The translations under genes and the position numbers were made by a program. Below the pieces are notes generated by a model, which saw only the letters and a program-made list of their open reading frames with translations, ran no database searches and was not told the DNA's origin. From an uncultured Actinomycetes bacterium (GTDB taxonomy: Bacteria > Actinomycetota > Actinomycetes > S36-B12 > UBA10799): a stretch of 64,000 nt of DNA. Below, in pieces: positions 10,333 through 19,631 of the stretch (within the stretch, counting starts at the first letter, position 1; the number at the start of each line of letters is the position of its first letter). The stretch covers positions 33,771 through 97,770 of the forward strand of contig CAZJNU010000002.1 of NCBI GenBank assembly GCA_964547485.1, read 5' to 3'.

Positions 10333-10677
10333 CTATTCGGCTGGCGATCCGCGGTGAGCGAGTACCGCGGCAGTTGCGGTCGCCACGGTGGCCGTGCCCA
10401 GCAGGGCTGTTGCGACGATCACCCTCCGAGTCGACCCGGTGTCACCGTGACTCATCGCGGTACCTGCGCTGGTGGAACTCATCACCGACCCGACCGACAA
10501 CCACGACATGACGCTGCCGGCGCTGACCGCGGAAGCCGTGCTGAACGCAGACGCGAAGGAGCCCACCGAGCAGATGCTGAGGGCGGACCCGGTGGATCCG
10601 ATACTGAGCACCGAACCACGGGAGGCGATCGAGAGCACCGATCCCTCCGACCGCAGTGACCACAACGACGCCAGCAT
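10333..10677 (-). CDS. Tail-anchored small membrane protein built of about eight 9-residue GSxLSIxSx repeats
   Basis: ATG 10677 is preceded by GGAGGCAAA. The product is MLASLWSLRSEGSVLSIASRGSVLSIGSTGSALSICSVGSFASAFSTASAVSAGSVMSWLSVGSVMSSTSAGTAMSHGDTGS, followed by the hydrophobic helix RRVIVATALLGTATVATATAAVLA. Function unknown. Confidence 0.6.
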   Translation of the reverse strand: MLASLWSLRSEGSVLSIASRGSVLSIGSTGSALSICSVGSFASAFSTASAVSAGSVMSWLSVGSVMSSTSAGTAMSHGDTGSTRRVIVATALLGTATVATATAAVLAHRGSPAE

Positions 10678-10854
10678 TTTGCCTCCGGTGAATCGACTCC
10701 CCGTGCGAACGAATGCCTCACCTTGGCACACACAGACCGGAGCGGTCGCGCTGCGATGTCGGGCAGTCGGCGCACGAGGGTAGGGCAAGAAGTTTCGGAG
10801 CGGTCAGTTTCGCGGCGGGGCCACGCACCGTGGCCTGCACTTACGATTGCCGTT

Positions 10855-11508
10855 GTGCGGATAGTCGATCTCACCCGACCCATCCAGCCGGGGATGCAGG
10901 TCTACCCCGGCGATTCTCGGCCCACCGCCACGATGGTGGCATCGGTTGCCGCCGACGGCTTCGAGGTTCATCGACTGACACTGGGCAGCCAGTCCGGCAC
11001 CCACCTGGATGCACCGAGCCACACCGTCGCAAACTCCGGGGCAAGCGAATCCGTCTCGTTGAGACGGCTGCTCGGCCGCGGGGTGATTGTGGACGTCACC
11101 GCAGCTCACCCGGAGTCGGAGATTCACCCCGGACCCTGGCTGTCCAGCATCGAACCGGGCGACCTGGTGCTGTTCCGGGCGGACTGGGATCGATTTGACG
11201 GTGCGGAAACCGCGTGGCTGCACCCCTGGCTGTCGGAGCGCTGCGCGGCTGCGTTGGTTGCGGTCAAGGTCGCGGCCATCGGGTTGGACTTCGCCTCGCC
11301 GGATCGGCACCTCGCACCCCTGACTGGCCACCACATCTTCGCCGAAGCCGGCATCCCGGTGATTGAGAACCTGGCCCACCTCGCCGACATCGACTGGCCA
11401 ACTCCGACCATCATCGCCCTGCCGCTGTCCTGGCCGGGGTTGGACGGACTGCCGGTGCGGGCCATCGCCTGCGATCTGCCGCTGCCAACTACCCGGCCAC
11501 CCGACTGA
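10855..11508 (+). CDS. Cyclase family protein (kynurenine-formamidase-like fold)
   Basis: VRIVDLTRPIQPGMQVYPGD and the metal motif QSGTHLDAPSH. I start at GTG 10855 because the upstream part of the ORF-track ORF (from 10723) is Arg-rich and unlikely to be coding. Confidence 0.8.
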   Translation: MRIVDLTRPIQPGMQVYPGDSRPTATMVASVAADGFEVHRLTLGSQSGTHLDAPSHTVANSGASESVSLRRLLGRGVIVDVTAAHPESEIHPGPWLSSIEPGDLVLFRADWDRFDGAETAWLHPWLSERCAAALVAVKVAAIGLDFASPDRHLAPLTGHHIFAEAGIPVIENLAHLADIDWPTPTIIALPLSWPGLDGLPVRAIACDLPLPTTRPPD

Positions 11509-11551
11509 CGGCTGCCACCCGACTGACGTGACCTGCCGACGCCCGCCTCGG

Positions 11552-13573
11552 CTACCAGATCCGGACCCGCTGCTCCGGCTCCCGCCACATCCCGTCACCC
11601 GGCTGGACGTCGAAGGCCGCAACGAAATCGTCGCTGTTGACCAGCACCCCGATGACGCGCTGTTCGGGGGGTGAGTGCGGATCGACGGCCAGCCTGCGCT
11701 CCGTCTCCTCCGGCCGGACCTTGGCCCGCCACACCTGCGCCCAACCTGCGAAGAACCGTTGCTCCCCACTGAGACCGTCAATCACCGGGGCTGCCTCGCC
11801 GGCTAACGATCGACGATAGGCACGCAGCGCGACCGCCAGGCCTGAGACGTCGGCGATGTTCTCCCCCAACGTCAATTCACCGTTGATGTGGTGACCCGCG
11901 ACCGGCTCAAACTCGGCGTACTGCGCCACCAGCGCGGTCGTGCGCTGCTCGAAAGCTGCGTTGTCCGAATCGTTCCACCAATTGCGCAGATTCCCCAGTC
12001 CGTCGTACTGCGATCCTTTGTCATCGAATCCGTGACTGATCTCGTGGCCGATCACTGCGCCGATACCGCCGTAGTTGATGGCATCGTCGGCGTCCATGGT
12101 GAAGAACGGCGGTTGCAGGATCGCCGCCGGGAAGACGATCTCGTTCAGCTCCGGGTTGTAGTAGGCATTCACCATCTGCGGCGGCATGAACCACTCGTCC
12201 CGGTCGATCGGACCGCCCAGCTTCGCCATCTCGTATTCGTGCTCGAAGGTGTTGGATCGCGCCGTATTGCCCACTAGGTCGGTTGGGGTGACCGACAGCT
12301 CCGAATAGTCCCGCCAACGATCCGGGTAGCCGATCTTCGGCCGGAAGGTGGCCAGTTTCGCGTGGGCTTCCTGCTTGGTCTCCGGCGTCATCCAGCTGAG
12401 GGAGTCGACGCTCTCTGCGAAGGCTGCCAGCAGATTGTCGACCAACTCGACCATCCTGTCCTTGTTGGCGGGCGGGAAATGGCGTTCCACATAGACCTGG
12501 CCCAGCGCCTCGCCCATCGCCCCCTGCACCAGATCCACCCCGCGCTTCCACCTCGGGCGTTGCTCCGGGATACCGCGCAAGGTGGTGCCATAGAAGGCGA
12601 AGTTCGCCTCGTCCAAATCCGCGGTCAGTAGCGAGGCCGACCTTACGATTACATGCCAGCGCAGGTAGTCCTGCCAGTCCGTCAGCGGAACGGTCGTGAC
12701 CAACTCCGCCAGTCCGGTGACGAAGTCGGGCTGACCCACGTTGACCTCGGCCACCCGTCCAAGTGCCCCCACCTCACGCAGGAAGTCCGAAAGCCCGAGT
12801 CCGGGCGCGAGCTGGTCCAACTGCGCGACCGGTAGCAGATTGTAGGTGGCCTGCGGATCGCGGTTGCGCACCTTGTCCCAGTGCAATCGGGCGAGCGCAG
12901 TCTCCAACGACATCACCCGTTCCGCAGCGTCGTGGGCAGCCGACTCGTCACCCAGCCCGGCCAGTTGCCACATCTTCTCGACGTGCTGCCGATAGGCCTG
13001 GCGGATCTCCTCGAAGGTGTCCTCGAGGTAGTAGTCGCGATCAGGCAGCCCCAACCCCGACTGCCGGATATCGAGCAGGTAGCGGGTCGAATCCATATTG
13101 TCCTGGTGCACATAGGTGCCCACCGGAGCGCCCTCGCCGCTGCGATCAAGACGGCCGAAGTGGCTACCCAGGGAGGCCGCGTCGGTGAGTGCATCGATGG
13201 CGGCCAGCCGGTCCGCGATCGGGGTGGTGCCGAGGCTTTCAAGCCGATCGGTGTCCATGAACGACGCATACAGGGCCGCGATCTTTCCGGCCGGCGTATC
13301 CGACGGCGGCAGTTCGGCCGCCAATTCCGAGATGATGTCACGCAACTGTTCTTGCGACTGGTCGTGCAGCGCTATGAAGGACGCGTACTCGGCCTTGTCC
13401 GCAGGTATCTCAAACTCAGCCAACCATCGTCCGTGCCAGGACCGGTAGAAGTCATCTTGGGGGCGCACCGACACGTCGCGACCCGACAGGTCGAGTCCGG
13501 ACGGACGGGTGGGTTCGGCCTGGTCGGCGGTGTCCTGGTCGGGAGCGGGGCGGGTCGTGTCAGGTGAGGTCAT
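11552..13573 (-). CDS. M13 family metallopeptidase (PepO/endothelin-converting-enzyme-like)
   Basis: 673 aa with zinc motif VIGHEISHGFD and the downstream GENIADVSG. There is no obvious signal peptide. Confidence 0.92.
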   Translation of the reverse strand: MTSPDTTRPAPDQDTADQAEPTRPSGLDLSGRDVSVRPQDDFYRSWHGRWLAEFEIPADKAEYASFIALHDQSQEQLRDIISELAAELPPSDTPAGKIAALYASFMDTDRLESLGTTPIADRLAAIDALTDAASLGSHFGRLDRSGEGAPVGTYVHQDNMDSTRYLLDIRQSGLGLPDRDYYLEDTFEEIRQAYRQHVEKMWQLAGLGDESAAHDAAERVMSLETALARLHWDKVRNRDPQATYNLLPVAQLDQLAPGLGLSDFLREVGALGRVAEVNVGQPDFVTGLAELVTTVPLTDWQDYLRWHVIVRSASLLTADLDEANFAFYGTTLRGIPEQRPRWKRGVDLVQGAMGEALGQVYVERHFPPANKDRMVELVDNLLAAFAESVDSLSWMTPETKQEAHAKLATFRPKIGYPDRWRDYSELSVTPTDLVGNTARSNTFEHEYEMAKLGGPIDRDEWFMPPQMVNAYYNPELNEIVFPAAILQPPFFTMDADDAINYGGIGAVIGHEISHGFDDKGSQYDGLGNLRNWWNDSDNAAFEQRTTALVAQYAEFEPVAGHHINGELTLGENIADVSGLAVALRAYRRSLAGEAAPVIDGLSGEQRFFAGWAQVWRAKVRPEETERRLAVDPHSPPEQRVIGVLVNSDDFVAAFDVQPGDGMWREPEQRVRIW

Positions 13574-13595
13574 CGCACCACCCTACTTCGACCGG

Positions 13596-14969
13596 TCAGT
13601 CCCGCTTCTCGATGTCACGGGTGTAGGCGCGGCGGACCGCCGCAGGCGCGTTTCGATCCACCAAACCCTCACGCAGCATGAATTCCGCGGCGTCCCGGGC
13701 GTCCTCGGCGAAGAAGAACGGCACCCCCTCGGACTGCAGCTCGGGCGCCGACGCCCGCAATTCCTCGGCCCGCTCGGCGACATGTTCACCGGCGTCGATG
13801 ATGATGATCGCGCGGACCTGATTGGGGCGGATTCTGGCTACCTCGACATAGACGTCCGGGTCCTTCTGCCCCGAATCGCCGATCAAGACGAACTCGGTCT
13901 CCGGATACAGGTCGAACAGCCGCCGCAGACTCTTCCGCTTGTGTTCCCGACCGGACCGAGTGACGTACCGCTCTTGTGGACCCCAATCGGTGAGGAACAG
14001 CGGCCCGGCCGGGAAGCCGCGCAGTTCCAAGAACTCGGTCAACATGTCGTAGAGGTTCCACGGGCCGGTCGACAGGTAGTAGAAGCAGGCTGGCCCGGAA
14101 CTTCGCGGGCCCGCCTGCACCGCCTGATAGAGCGCGGCCATGCCTGGAATCGGCTCCCTGGTCTCGGCCTGACCGAACAGCGTCCGGCGCAGGGCGACAA
14201 CACCCTCACCCAAACCGGTCTTGATCACGGTGTCGTCGAGATCGCTGACCACTGCCACCCCGACAGATGGATCGGGGGCGAGCACCCGGCCGGTCACCAC
14301 GGTGGGCTCTTCGGTCGGATCGTCGGGCTGGGTCCGAACGCGGTACTCGTGCCAACCCGGGGGCAACTCGCCGACGTTCAGCTGGGCCGTGGCATAACCG
14401 TGTCGGCCACTCTCCGCGATCTCGGACGTGCCCGCCAGCGAGAGATTCACCTTCACCCCGGGAAAGGACAGCGCGACGAACCGGCGGAGGTTGGACTTCA
14501 GTGCGCTGGTATCGGTGATGACCTCTGCCGGTGGCGGAATGACGGGCTCTTCCATCACCCGCACGCGCAGATAGGCACGACCGTCCGCGACATAGCCGCG
14601 GTACGCCATCACAAGGGTCGCGCGCAGGGTACCCTTCCCGATCTTGCGCTCCCGTCGAGTGCGCCAGGCCCAATCCTCAAGACCCGCCACCACGCCCGCC
14701 GTGCGCCGACTCTTCGTGGCTCGATCCAGACCGGTCCCCACGGATCGGGCAAGAGTGCGAAGCCGCCCGTCGGAGTCGTCGGCTGCCTCCTCGTCGACGG
14801 AGTCCTCGGCGTCGGCGTCCGGACGGGCCGAGGTCAACGGGGATCCGGCAGTCGCCGCCCGGTCAAGTGGATCTGGTTCGGCGGACTCCTCTGTCGGCTG
14901 CACGTGGACAGGATTACACAGGTGGTGGCGACCACGCCCGAGTCGTCCCCCGACAACCCGGCGCACCAT
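13596..14969 (-). CDS. App1-like phosphatidate phosphatase domain protein (DUF2183)
   Basis: 457 aa. DxDxT motif VVSDLDDTVIKTG, and LIGDSGQKDPDVY near the C-terminus. Confidence 0.8.
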   Translation of the reverse strand: MVRRVVGGRLGRGRHHLCNPVHVQPTEESAEPDPLDRAATAGSPLTSARPDADAEDSVDEEAADDSDGRLRTLARSVGTGLDRATKSRRTAGVVAGLEDWAWRTRRERKIGKGTLRATLVMAYRGYVADGRAYLRVRVMEEPVIPPPAEVITDTSALKSNLRRFVALSFPGVKVNLSLAGTSEIAESGRHGYATAQLNVGELPPGWHEYRVRTQPDDPTEEPTVVTGRVLAPDPSVGVAVVSDLDDTVIKTGLGEGVVALRRTLFGQAETREPIPGMAALYQAVQAGPRSSGPACFYYLSTGPWNLYDMLTEFLELRGFPAGPLFLTDWGPQERYVTRSGREHKRKSLRRLFDLYPETEFVLIGDSGQKDPDVYVEVARIRPNQVRAIIIIDAGEHVAERAEELRASAPELQSEGVPFFFAEDARDAAEFMLREGLVDRNAPAAVRRAYTRDIEKRD

Positions 14970-14982
14970 TTAGGCTGCTGGC

Positions 14983-15972
14983 ATGGGATTGCGACGAGGA
15001 AGCCTGGCGGTCGCCGGCACGGTACTGGTCCTGACAGCGATGGCGGCAGCCCCAGCGGCAGCTACCTGGTCGATCGTCGGGGCCGATCCGAAGACCGGCG
15101 AGGTCGGCGTGGCGATCGCAAGTTGCGTCGGATTCGAAACAGCTCTCGCTCCGACGCTGGTGCCCGGTAAGGGCGCGGCGGTCTCCCAAGCTGGGCTCTA
15201 TAAGGAGTCCGGCGCCGCGATCGTGAAGGGGCTCGAAGATGGTCAAAGCGCCGACCAGGTGATCGCCGGGCTCACCCAGCCTTCCTTTGATCAGGAGGTG
15301 CCGCTGCGACAGTACGGCGTCGTGACTCTTCCCTCCGGAGTGGCCAACTTCACTGGTTCTGAGGTACCGGCGACAGCCGGCGCAGTTTCCAACGCAGACA
15401 AGACCGCGTCGGTCCAAGGTGCGGCTGTGGAATCCGATGCCGTGCTCGCCGAATCCCTGAGGGCGTTCGACACCACTTCTGGAAATCTTGGTGAGAAGTT
15501 GGTCGCAGGCTTGAATGCGGGGAACAAGGCCGGTGGCGATGCCGACTGCGTCGAGGATGCCAATGCCGCGTCGTTGTTGGTCGCCAACAAGGACGAACTG
15601 CCGTACTCGCAGACGAATCGCCTGCCCGACCAATTCCAGGCGTTTGTCTATGCCATCTATGGACGAGACTTCGCCCAGGCACCGCCGCAGGGCAACGTAC
15701 CTTCCACTTATATCTCCGTGGTCACGGGCCAAGGCGACAACGCCGTTGTGCGGCTCAGCGAAACCTACGCGAAGGTGAAGGATTCGCCCGGCCCGATCAA
15801 GCAGCGAATCGTGGCGCCGAGCGCCAGCGGCGGCGACGCCACCGGCTTCCTGGCCCGAGTGGGGTTCGTCGTTCTGGTGTTAGGCGCCATCGCGGTCGCG
15901 GTTGTGGTCGTGTTGATGGTGAGGCGTGCGGCGGGCAAGGCTCACCGCCCCATTTCCGAGAAAGAACAGTAA
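14983..15972 (+). CDS. DUF1028 (Ntn-hydrolase-like) protein with signal peptide and C-terminal membrane anchor
   Basis: The signal peptide ends ...AAPAAA|TWSIVGADPKTGEVGVAIASC, which exposes the N-terminal Thr typical of DUF1028. The C-terminal hydrophobic helix is FVVLVLGAIAVAVVVVLMV. Confidence 0.8.
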   Translation: MGLRRGSLAVAGTVLVLTAMAAAPAAATWSIVGADPKTGEVGVAIASCVGFETALAPTLVPGKGAAVSQAGLYKESGAAIVKGLEDGQSADQVIAGLTQPSFDQEVPLRQYGVVTLPSGVANFTGSEVPATAGAVSNADKTASVQGAAVESDAVLAESLRAFDTTSGNLGEKLVAGLNAGNKAGGDADCVEDANAASLLVANKDELPYSQTNRLPDQFQAFVYAIYGRDFAQAPPQGNVPSTYISVVTGQGDNAVVRLSETYAKVKDSPGPIKQRIVAPSASGGDATGFLARVGFVVLVLGAIAVAVVVVLMVRRAAGKAHRPISEKEQ

Positions 15973-15978
15973 CCGGGC

Positions 15979-15994
15979 CTGCCCTGCGGGGCAG
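15979..15994 (+). terminator. Short GC hairpin after the DUF1028 stop (possible terminator)
   Basis: ctgccc-tgcg-gggcag, a 6-bp stem 7 nt after the stop. It is followed by AAAAA rather than a U-tract, so support is weak. Confidence 0.25.
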
Positions 15995-16273
15995 AAAAAC
16001 GGCCGCTAAGCGACTCGACGCATCAGACCCTTAGCGCACGCCCGTGCCAACTGCGGATACACGTGAGTGCGAGACCAACGAGTCTCGACGTAAACGATCT
16101 CGCGACCGCTCAACGTCCGGAAGACCATCATGGTCAACACCTCCAACAGTTCTCGGCGCTACCATCCTCGACCTGTTGGACCCCGGACTAGATGGATTCT
16201 GCCAAGAAACCCTTAGAAACATTGAACCATTGCCGTCGGCCATCTGGCAATCGCGGTGGTGAACTCAGCAGCG

Positions 16274-16747
16274 TCAGCCTCGCACGGCCGCCTCAATGGC
16301 CGCGACGTCAAGCTTCTGCATCGTCATCATGGCCGCGAAGGCGCGCCGGGCCACGTCCCCGCCGGCGGCCAACGCCTCGATCAGTACGCGCGGAGTGATC
16401 TGCCAGGAGACACCCCAGCGGTCCTTGCACCAGCCACACTCGCTCTCCTGGCCGCCGTTGCCGACGATGGCGTTCCAGTAGCGGTCGGTCTCCTCCTGGT
16501 CGTCGGTGGCGATCTGGAACGAGAAGGCCTCGGTCTGGGGCCAGTGCGGGCCACCGTTCAACCCCAGGCAGGGAATGCCGGCAACCACGAACTCCACGGT
16601 CAGCACGTCTCCGGCGTGCCCGGACGGGTAGTCGTCGGGTGCATGCTGAACGGCCAGCACCCGGCTGTCCGGGAAGGTCACCGCGTAGAAGTTGGCAGCC
16701 GCTTCGGCGTCCTTGTCGAACCAGAGACAGATCGTGTTCTTGGGCAT
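16274..16747 (-). CDS. VOC-superfamily protein, PhnB / 3-demethylubiquinone-9 3-methyltransferase-domain type
   Basis: 157 aa: MPKNTICLWFDKDAEAAANFYAVTFPDS...GWCKDRWGVSWQI. Confidence 0.85.
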   Translation of the reverse strand: MPKNTICLWFDKDAEAAANFYAVTFPDSRVLAVQHAPDDYPSGHAGDVLTVEFVVAGIPCLGLNGGPHWPQTEAFSFQIATDDQEETDRYWNAIVGNGGQESECGWCKDRWGVSWQITPRVLIEALAAGGDVARRAFAAMMTMQKLDVAAIEAAVRG

Positions 16748-16777
16748 TGACTTCCTTTCGCCGGTGGAGCCGACATG

Positions 16778-17166
16778 CTACCCAACGAATTGAGGTTGTC
16801 GGAGGCTTCCCAGGTCGGGATCCGTGCAGCACGGTGAGGCCGACCACTTCCGCGGTGGCGGCAATCAGCAAGTCCGCGCCGCCAGGTCCTCGATGCTGGC
16901 CGCGTTTCGCCAACTCTCGTTGTACCGCAGGTGCCCGCTGCTCGATCAACGGCGAAAGGTACTCCAACGGCATCCGGTCGACTGGGGCTTGCCTGATCGC
17001 ACTGTCCCAGTCGTCGGCGCTGCGGGCCGAGAATCCGACCTCGAGCAGGGTGACGGTCGAGATCCTCGAGTCCCCGCTCGATTCGATTGGACCAGGAGTC
17101 CCGGTCCGAACTGCTGCCGAGGCGGGCCAGGTCCGACTTGTCAACCAGCCAGCCGTTCACGACCAC
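16778..17166 (-). pseudogene. PIN-domain (VapC-like) toxin gene disrupted by frameshifts
   Basis: Frame A (GTG 17166) gives VVNGWLVDKSDLARLGSSSDRDSWSNRIERGL. The homology continues in another frame as ISTVTLLEVGFSARSADDWDSAIRQAPVDRMPLEYLSPLIEQRAPAVQRELAKRGQHRGPGGADLLIAATAEVVGLTVLH, with the shift near 17064-17070. A plausible C-terminus, DPDLGSLRQPQFVG*, appears in a third frame, with a second shift near 16825 and a stop at 16778-16780. Confidence 0.6.
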
Positions 17167-17331
17167 GCCCGCGACATGACTTCCGGGTCACCCAGATCCC
17201 GCCAGTCCCCGAACAAGCACGTTTGCCATTGCCGTTTTCCATCCCGCGGAGCAGTCCACAGATTGCCGACTCCCTCTGGAACCGGGACGTCCCACCGACT
17301 GTGATGGTGTTCTTCCAATGAAGGGGCAGGG

Positions 17332-17850
17332 ATGACACTGTTGGACGACTGGCGAGCGGGGCTCCGTCTGCTGCACACCCGCCCCATCAGCTACGACCCG
17401 ATCTTCGATGTCGAGTTGACCAAGTGCGCGCGCGACGCAGGCTGGATCGAGGTGATATCCCCAGTTGAAGACGGCTACGGTCCATGGCCTGCAGGTGAGC
17501 CCCACCTGGATTGGGACGGCCGAGACGAAACACGACACCAGGTAACCGGCGTCGACGCGCACTTGGACTGGGGACGCCAGTACGTTCACCCGGACTACTA
17601 CCGCGTCGGACTTGCGGTCCAGCAGATCGCCTACTCGATCCAACTGCTGCGCGTCGGCCAATGGCGGCACGGACCGGCGGTTCTGGTGGTGGACATTAGG
17701 GGCCTGACCTCACCCCATCGCCAGGAAGGTTGGCCGGAGGTGGAGCCCTGGTTACACAGTAAGAGCGATGATCAACTGAGGTGCTGGCCCGGTCCTGACG
17801 ACGACAGCCTGTGTTGGCGCAGACAATTCGGCCTGCCCCTGCTGGCATGA
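17332..17850 (+). CDS. Hypothetical Trp-rich protein
   Basis: 172-aa ORF beginning ATG with largely G/C third positions (MTLLDDWRAGLRLLHTRPISYDP...). I recognise no motif. Confidence 0.45.
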   Translation: MTLLDDWRAGLRLLHTRPISYDPIFDVELTKCARDAGWIEVISPVEDGYGPWPAGEPHLDWDGRDETRHQVTGVDAHLDWGRQYVHPDYYRVGLAVQQIAYSIQLLRVGQWRHGPAVLVVDIRGLTSPHRQEGWPEVEPWLHSKSDDQLRCWPGPDDDSLCWRRQFGLPLLA

Positions 17851-17920
17851 GGACGAACCCCTCTCAGAGTCGACGAACCAACTCGGTGGCGCGAGTCGCC
17901 GAGTGTGCGAAAGTTGGTCT

Positions 17921-18886
17921 ATGTCCAGATCTTGGCCGCGTTTCCTGCTCGCAGGCGCCCTGCTGCTTACCGGCTGCGGTGCAGCGGCCACTGGCAATCC
18001 AACGAGCGTCAGGTCCGGGTCGGCGGATGCCACCTCGGCTGGCTGTACCGCAGACACGGCCGCGACCGCTGGCACCTTCGAGGAGACCGTCACGGTGGGC
18101 GACAAGCAGCGCCGCTACATCGTGCACGTACCGACCGGCTACGTCGCAGACATGCCCACCCCGCTGGTCTTGAGTCTGCACGGCAGCGGCTCCACCGCCG
18201 CTCAGCAAATGGCACTCACCGGGATAGCCACATCCTCCGACAAGCACGGCTTCGTCGTCATCGCCCCTCAGGCAGTTGCCGGCCAATGGCAGTTACCGGC
18301 ATACAACGGAACGACCGCTGTCACGGCCGAGAGTGAGTATCTGCGCACAGTGATATCCGAAGTCGACCGGAAGGTCTGCCTGGATCACAGCCGACAGTAC
18401 GCATCCGGAATGTCCATGGGCTCGATTATGACGTTCGTACTGGCATGCGCCAAAGAACAGACCTTCGCCGCGTTTGGCGGGGTCGGTGCCACCTTCTACC
18501 GACCGGTGTGCGGCCAGTCCCCGCCAGCACCGCTCATCTATTTCCACGGCAGCCGAGACACCGTCGTCCCGATCGAGGGAGGCGACGTACGAGGGTTCGG
18601 TTTCAGCCCCGTGCAGCAGACCATGGCTGACTGGGCGGCGCACAACCGATGTGCGCCGACTCCAACCCGGACCCAGATCGGCGAGGCCACCCGCTTCCTC
18701 TGGAGCGGTTGTGCCGCCAATGCCGACGTGGACTACTACCGGATCGCGGGGGCTGGGCACACCTGGCCGGGGGGCCCGGTCGACGTCGCCAATCTGATCG
18801 AACCGACGCTGGGCAAGACCACCCGGGATGTATCCGCCAACGACCTGATGTGGCAATTCTTCAGCCGCTATCGGCTGCCCAGCTGA
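17921..18886 (+). CDS. Secreted lipoprotein esterase (PHB-depolymerase/LpqC-like alpha/beta hydrolase)
   Basis: Lipobox MSRSWPRFLLAGALLLTG|C. It also shows LVLSLHGSGS, the nucleophile elbow GMSMGS, and HGSRDTVVP. Confidence 0.82.
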   Translation: MSRSWPRFLLAGALLLTGCGAAATGNPTSVRSGSADATSAGCTADTAATAGTFEETVTVGDKQRRYIVHVPTGYVADMPTPLVLSLHGSGSTAAQQMALTGIATSSDKHGFVVIAPQAVAGQWQLPAYNGTTAVTAESEYLRTVISEVDRKVCLDHSRQYASGMSMGSIMTFVLACAKEQTFAAFGGVGATFYRPVCGQSPPAPLIYFHGSRDTVVPIEGGDVRGFGFSPVQQTMADWAAHNRCAPTPTRTQIGEATRFLWSGCAANADVDYYRIAGAGHTWPGGPVDVANLIEPTLGKTTRDVSANDLMWQFFSRYRLPS

Positions 18887-18944
18887 TCGGGGCGGAGCGG
18901 CGTCGCGTCGCGCGGTTGTCGGTGAAAGTCCATACGATCGGGGC

Positions 18945-19631
18945 ATGACCAATCCCACCGCGGCCATCGGCCCTGACCCGATCCCCGACGCCAACGATCT
19001 CGGCACAGCACGGCCCACACCAGCAGCAGCCGAGCCTTCCCCTGGGACGAAGCAGGCCAGCCCGCTGGCCGCGTTGGGACGATTGGATGAACGGATCTAC
19101 CAGTCACTTGCCGCACCCCTTGGGCCGCCTTTTGACCGCGCCCTGAGCCTGCTGACCAATGCCGCGGATCATTCCAAGCTGTCCGTTGCGATGGCCGCCG
19201 GGCTCGCACTGCTAGGTGGGACCCGTGGCCGCCGCGCCGCAGCGACCGGGCTGGTGTCGGTGGCTCTCACCTCCGCGACCGCCAACGCGATTGTGAAACC
19301 GCTCGCCCGCCGCCGTCGTCCGGCCAGGAGTGAACAGCATCTGGCTCATCCGCCCGCATCCAGCCACCACGTTCCGATGCCAGACTCGCACTCCTTCCCC
19401 TCTGGACACACCGCCGCCGCATTCGCGTTCGCGACCGGGGTGGCCACCGTCTGGCCGGGCGTGGCGCGGGGTCCGGCCGTGGTGGCGGTGGTCGTCGGCT
19501 ACTCCCGGGTACACGCCGGTGTGCACTTCCCGGGCGACGTCGTTCTCGGAGCCCTGTTGGGCTCGGCTATCGCGCTGGCGGTGGGTCGGTCCGCTCGTCA
19601 GTTCGGAGTGGGTGCCTCGCCCCGTCACTGA
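18945..19631 (+). CDS. PAP2 superfamily phosphatase (membrane)
   Basis: All three PAP2 motifs are present: KPLARRRRP, PSGH and SRVHAGVHFPGD. Confidence 0.88.
   Translation: MTNPTAAIGPDPIPDANDLGTARPTPAAAEPSPGTKQASPLAALGRLDERIYQSLAAPLGPPFDRALSLLTNAADHSKLSVAMAAGLALLGGTRGRRAAATGLVSVALTSATANAIVKPLARRRRPARSEQHLAHPPASSHHVPMPDSHSFPSGHTAAAFAFATGVATVWPGVARGPAVVAVVVGYSRVHAGVHFPGDVVLGALLGSAIALAVGRSARQFGVGASPRH

Noticed and set aside
11497-11528. Direct repeat CCACCCGACTGACG x2 (spaced by gctg) spanning the cyclase stop codon
   Set aside because: It is a real but tiny 18-bp tandem duplication between convergent genes. It is probably replication slippage with no evident function.
10804-11781. 325-aa minus-strand ORF
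   Set aside because: It is antisense to the cyclase gene, which carries the HxGTHxDxPxH motif, and it has no motifs of its own.
13509-15170. 553-aa plus-strand ORF
   Set aside because: It lies antisense across the App1-like gene and overlaps the ends of two other genes. Its composition is Arg/Gly-rich and non-protein-like.
16031-16262. Two overlapping 70-aa ORFs (both strands) in the 300-bp gap after the DUF1028 gene
   Set aside because: They have poor third-position GC bias, no RBS and no recognisable motif. The region is reported only as unexplained non-coding DNA.
17167-17215. MANVLVRGL... reading, which looks like the N-terminus of a ribbon-helix-helix antitoxin, about 50 nt upstream of the PIN start
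   Set aside because: It runs only 13 codons before a stop. It also occupies the same nucleotides as the alternative-frame ...DLGDPEVMSRAWS* antitoxin-like C-terminus, so both cannot be remnants. I treat it as coincidence.
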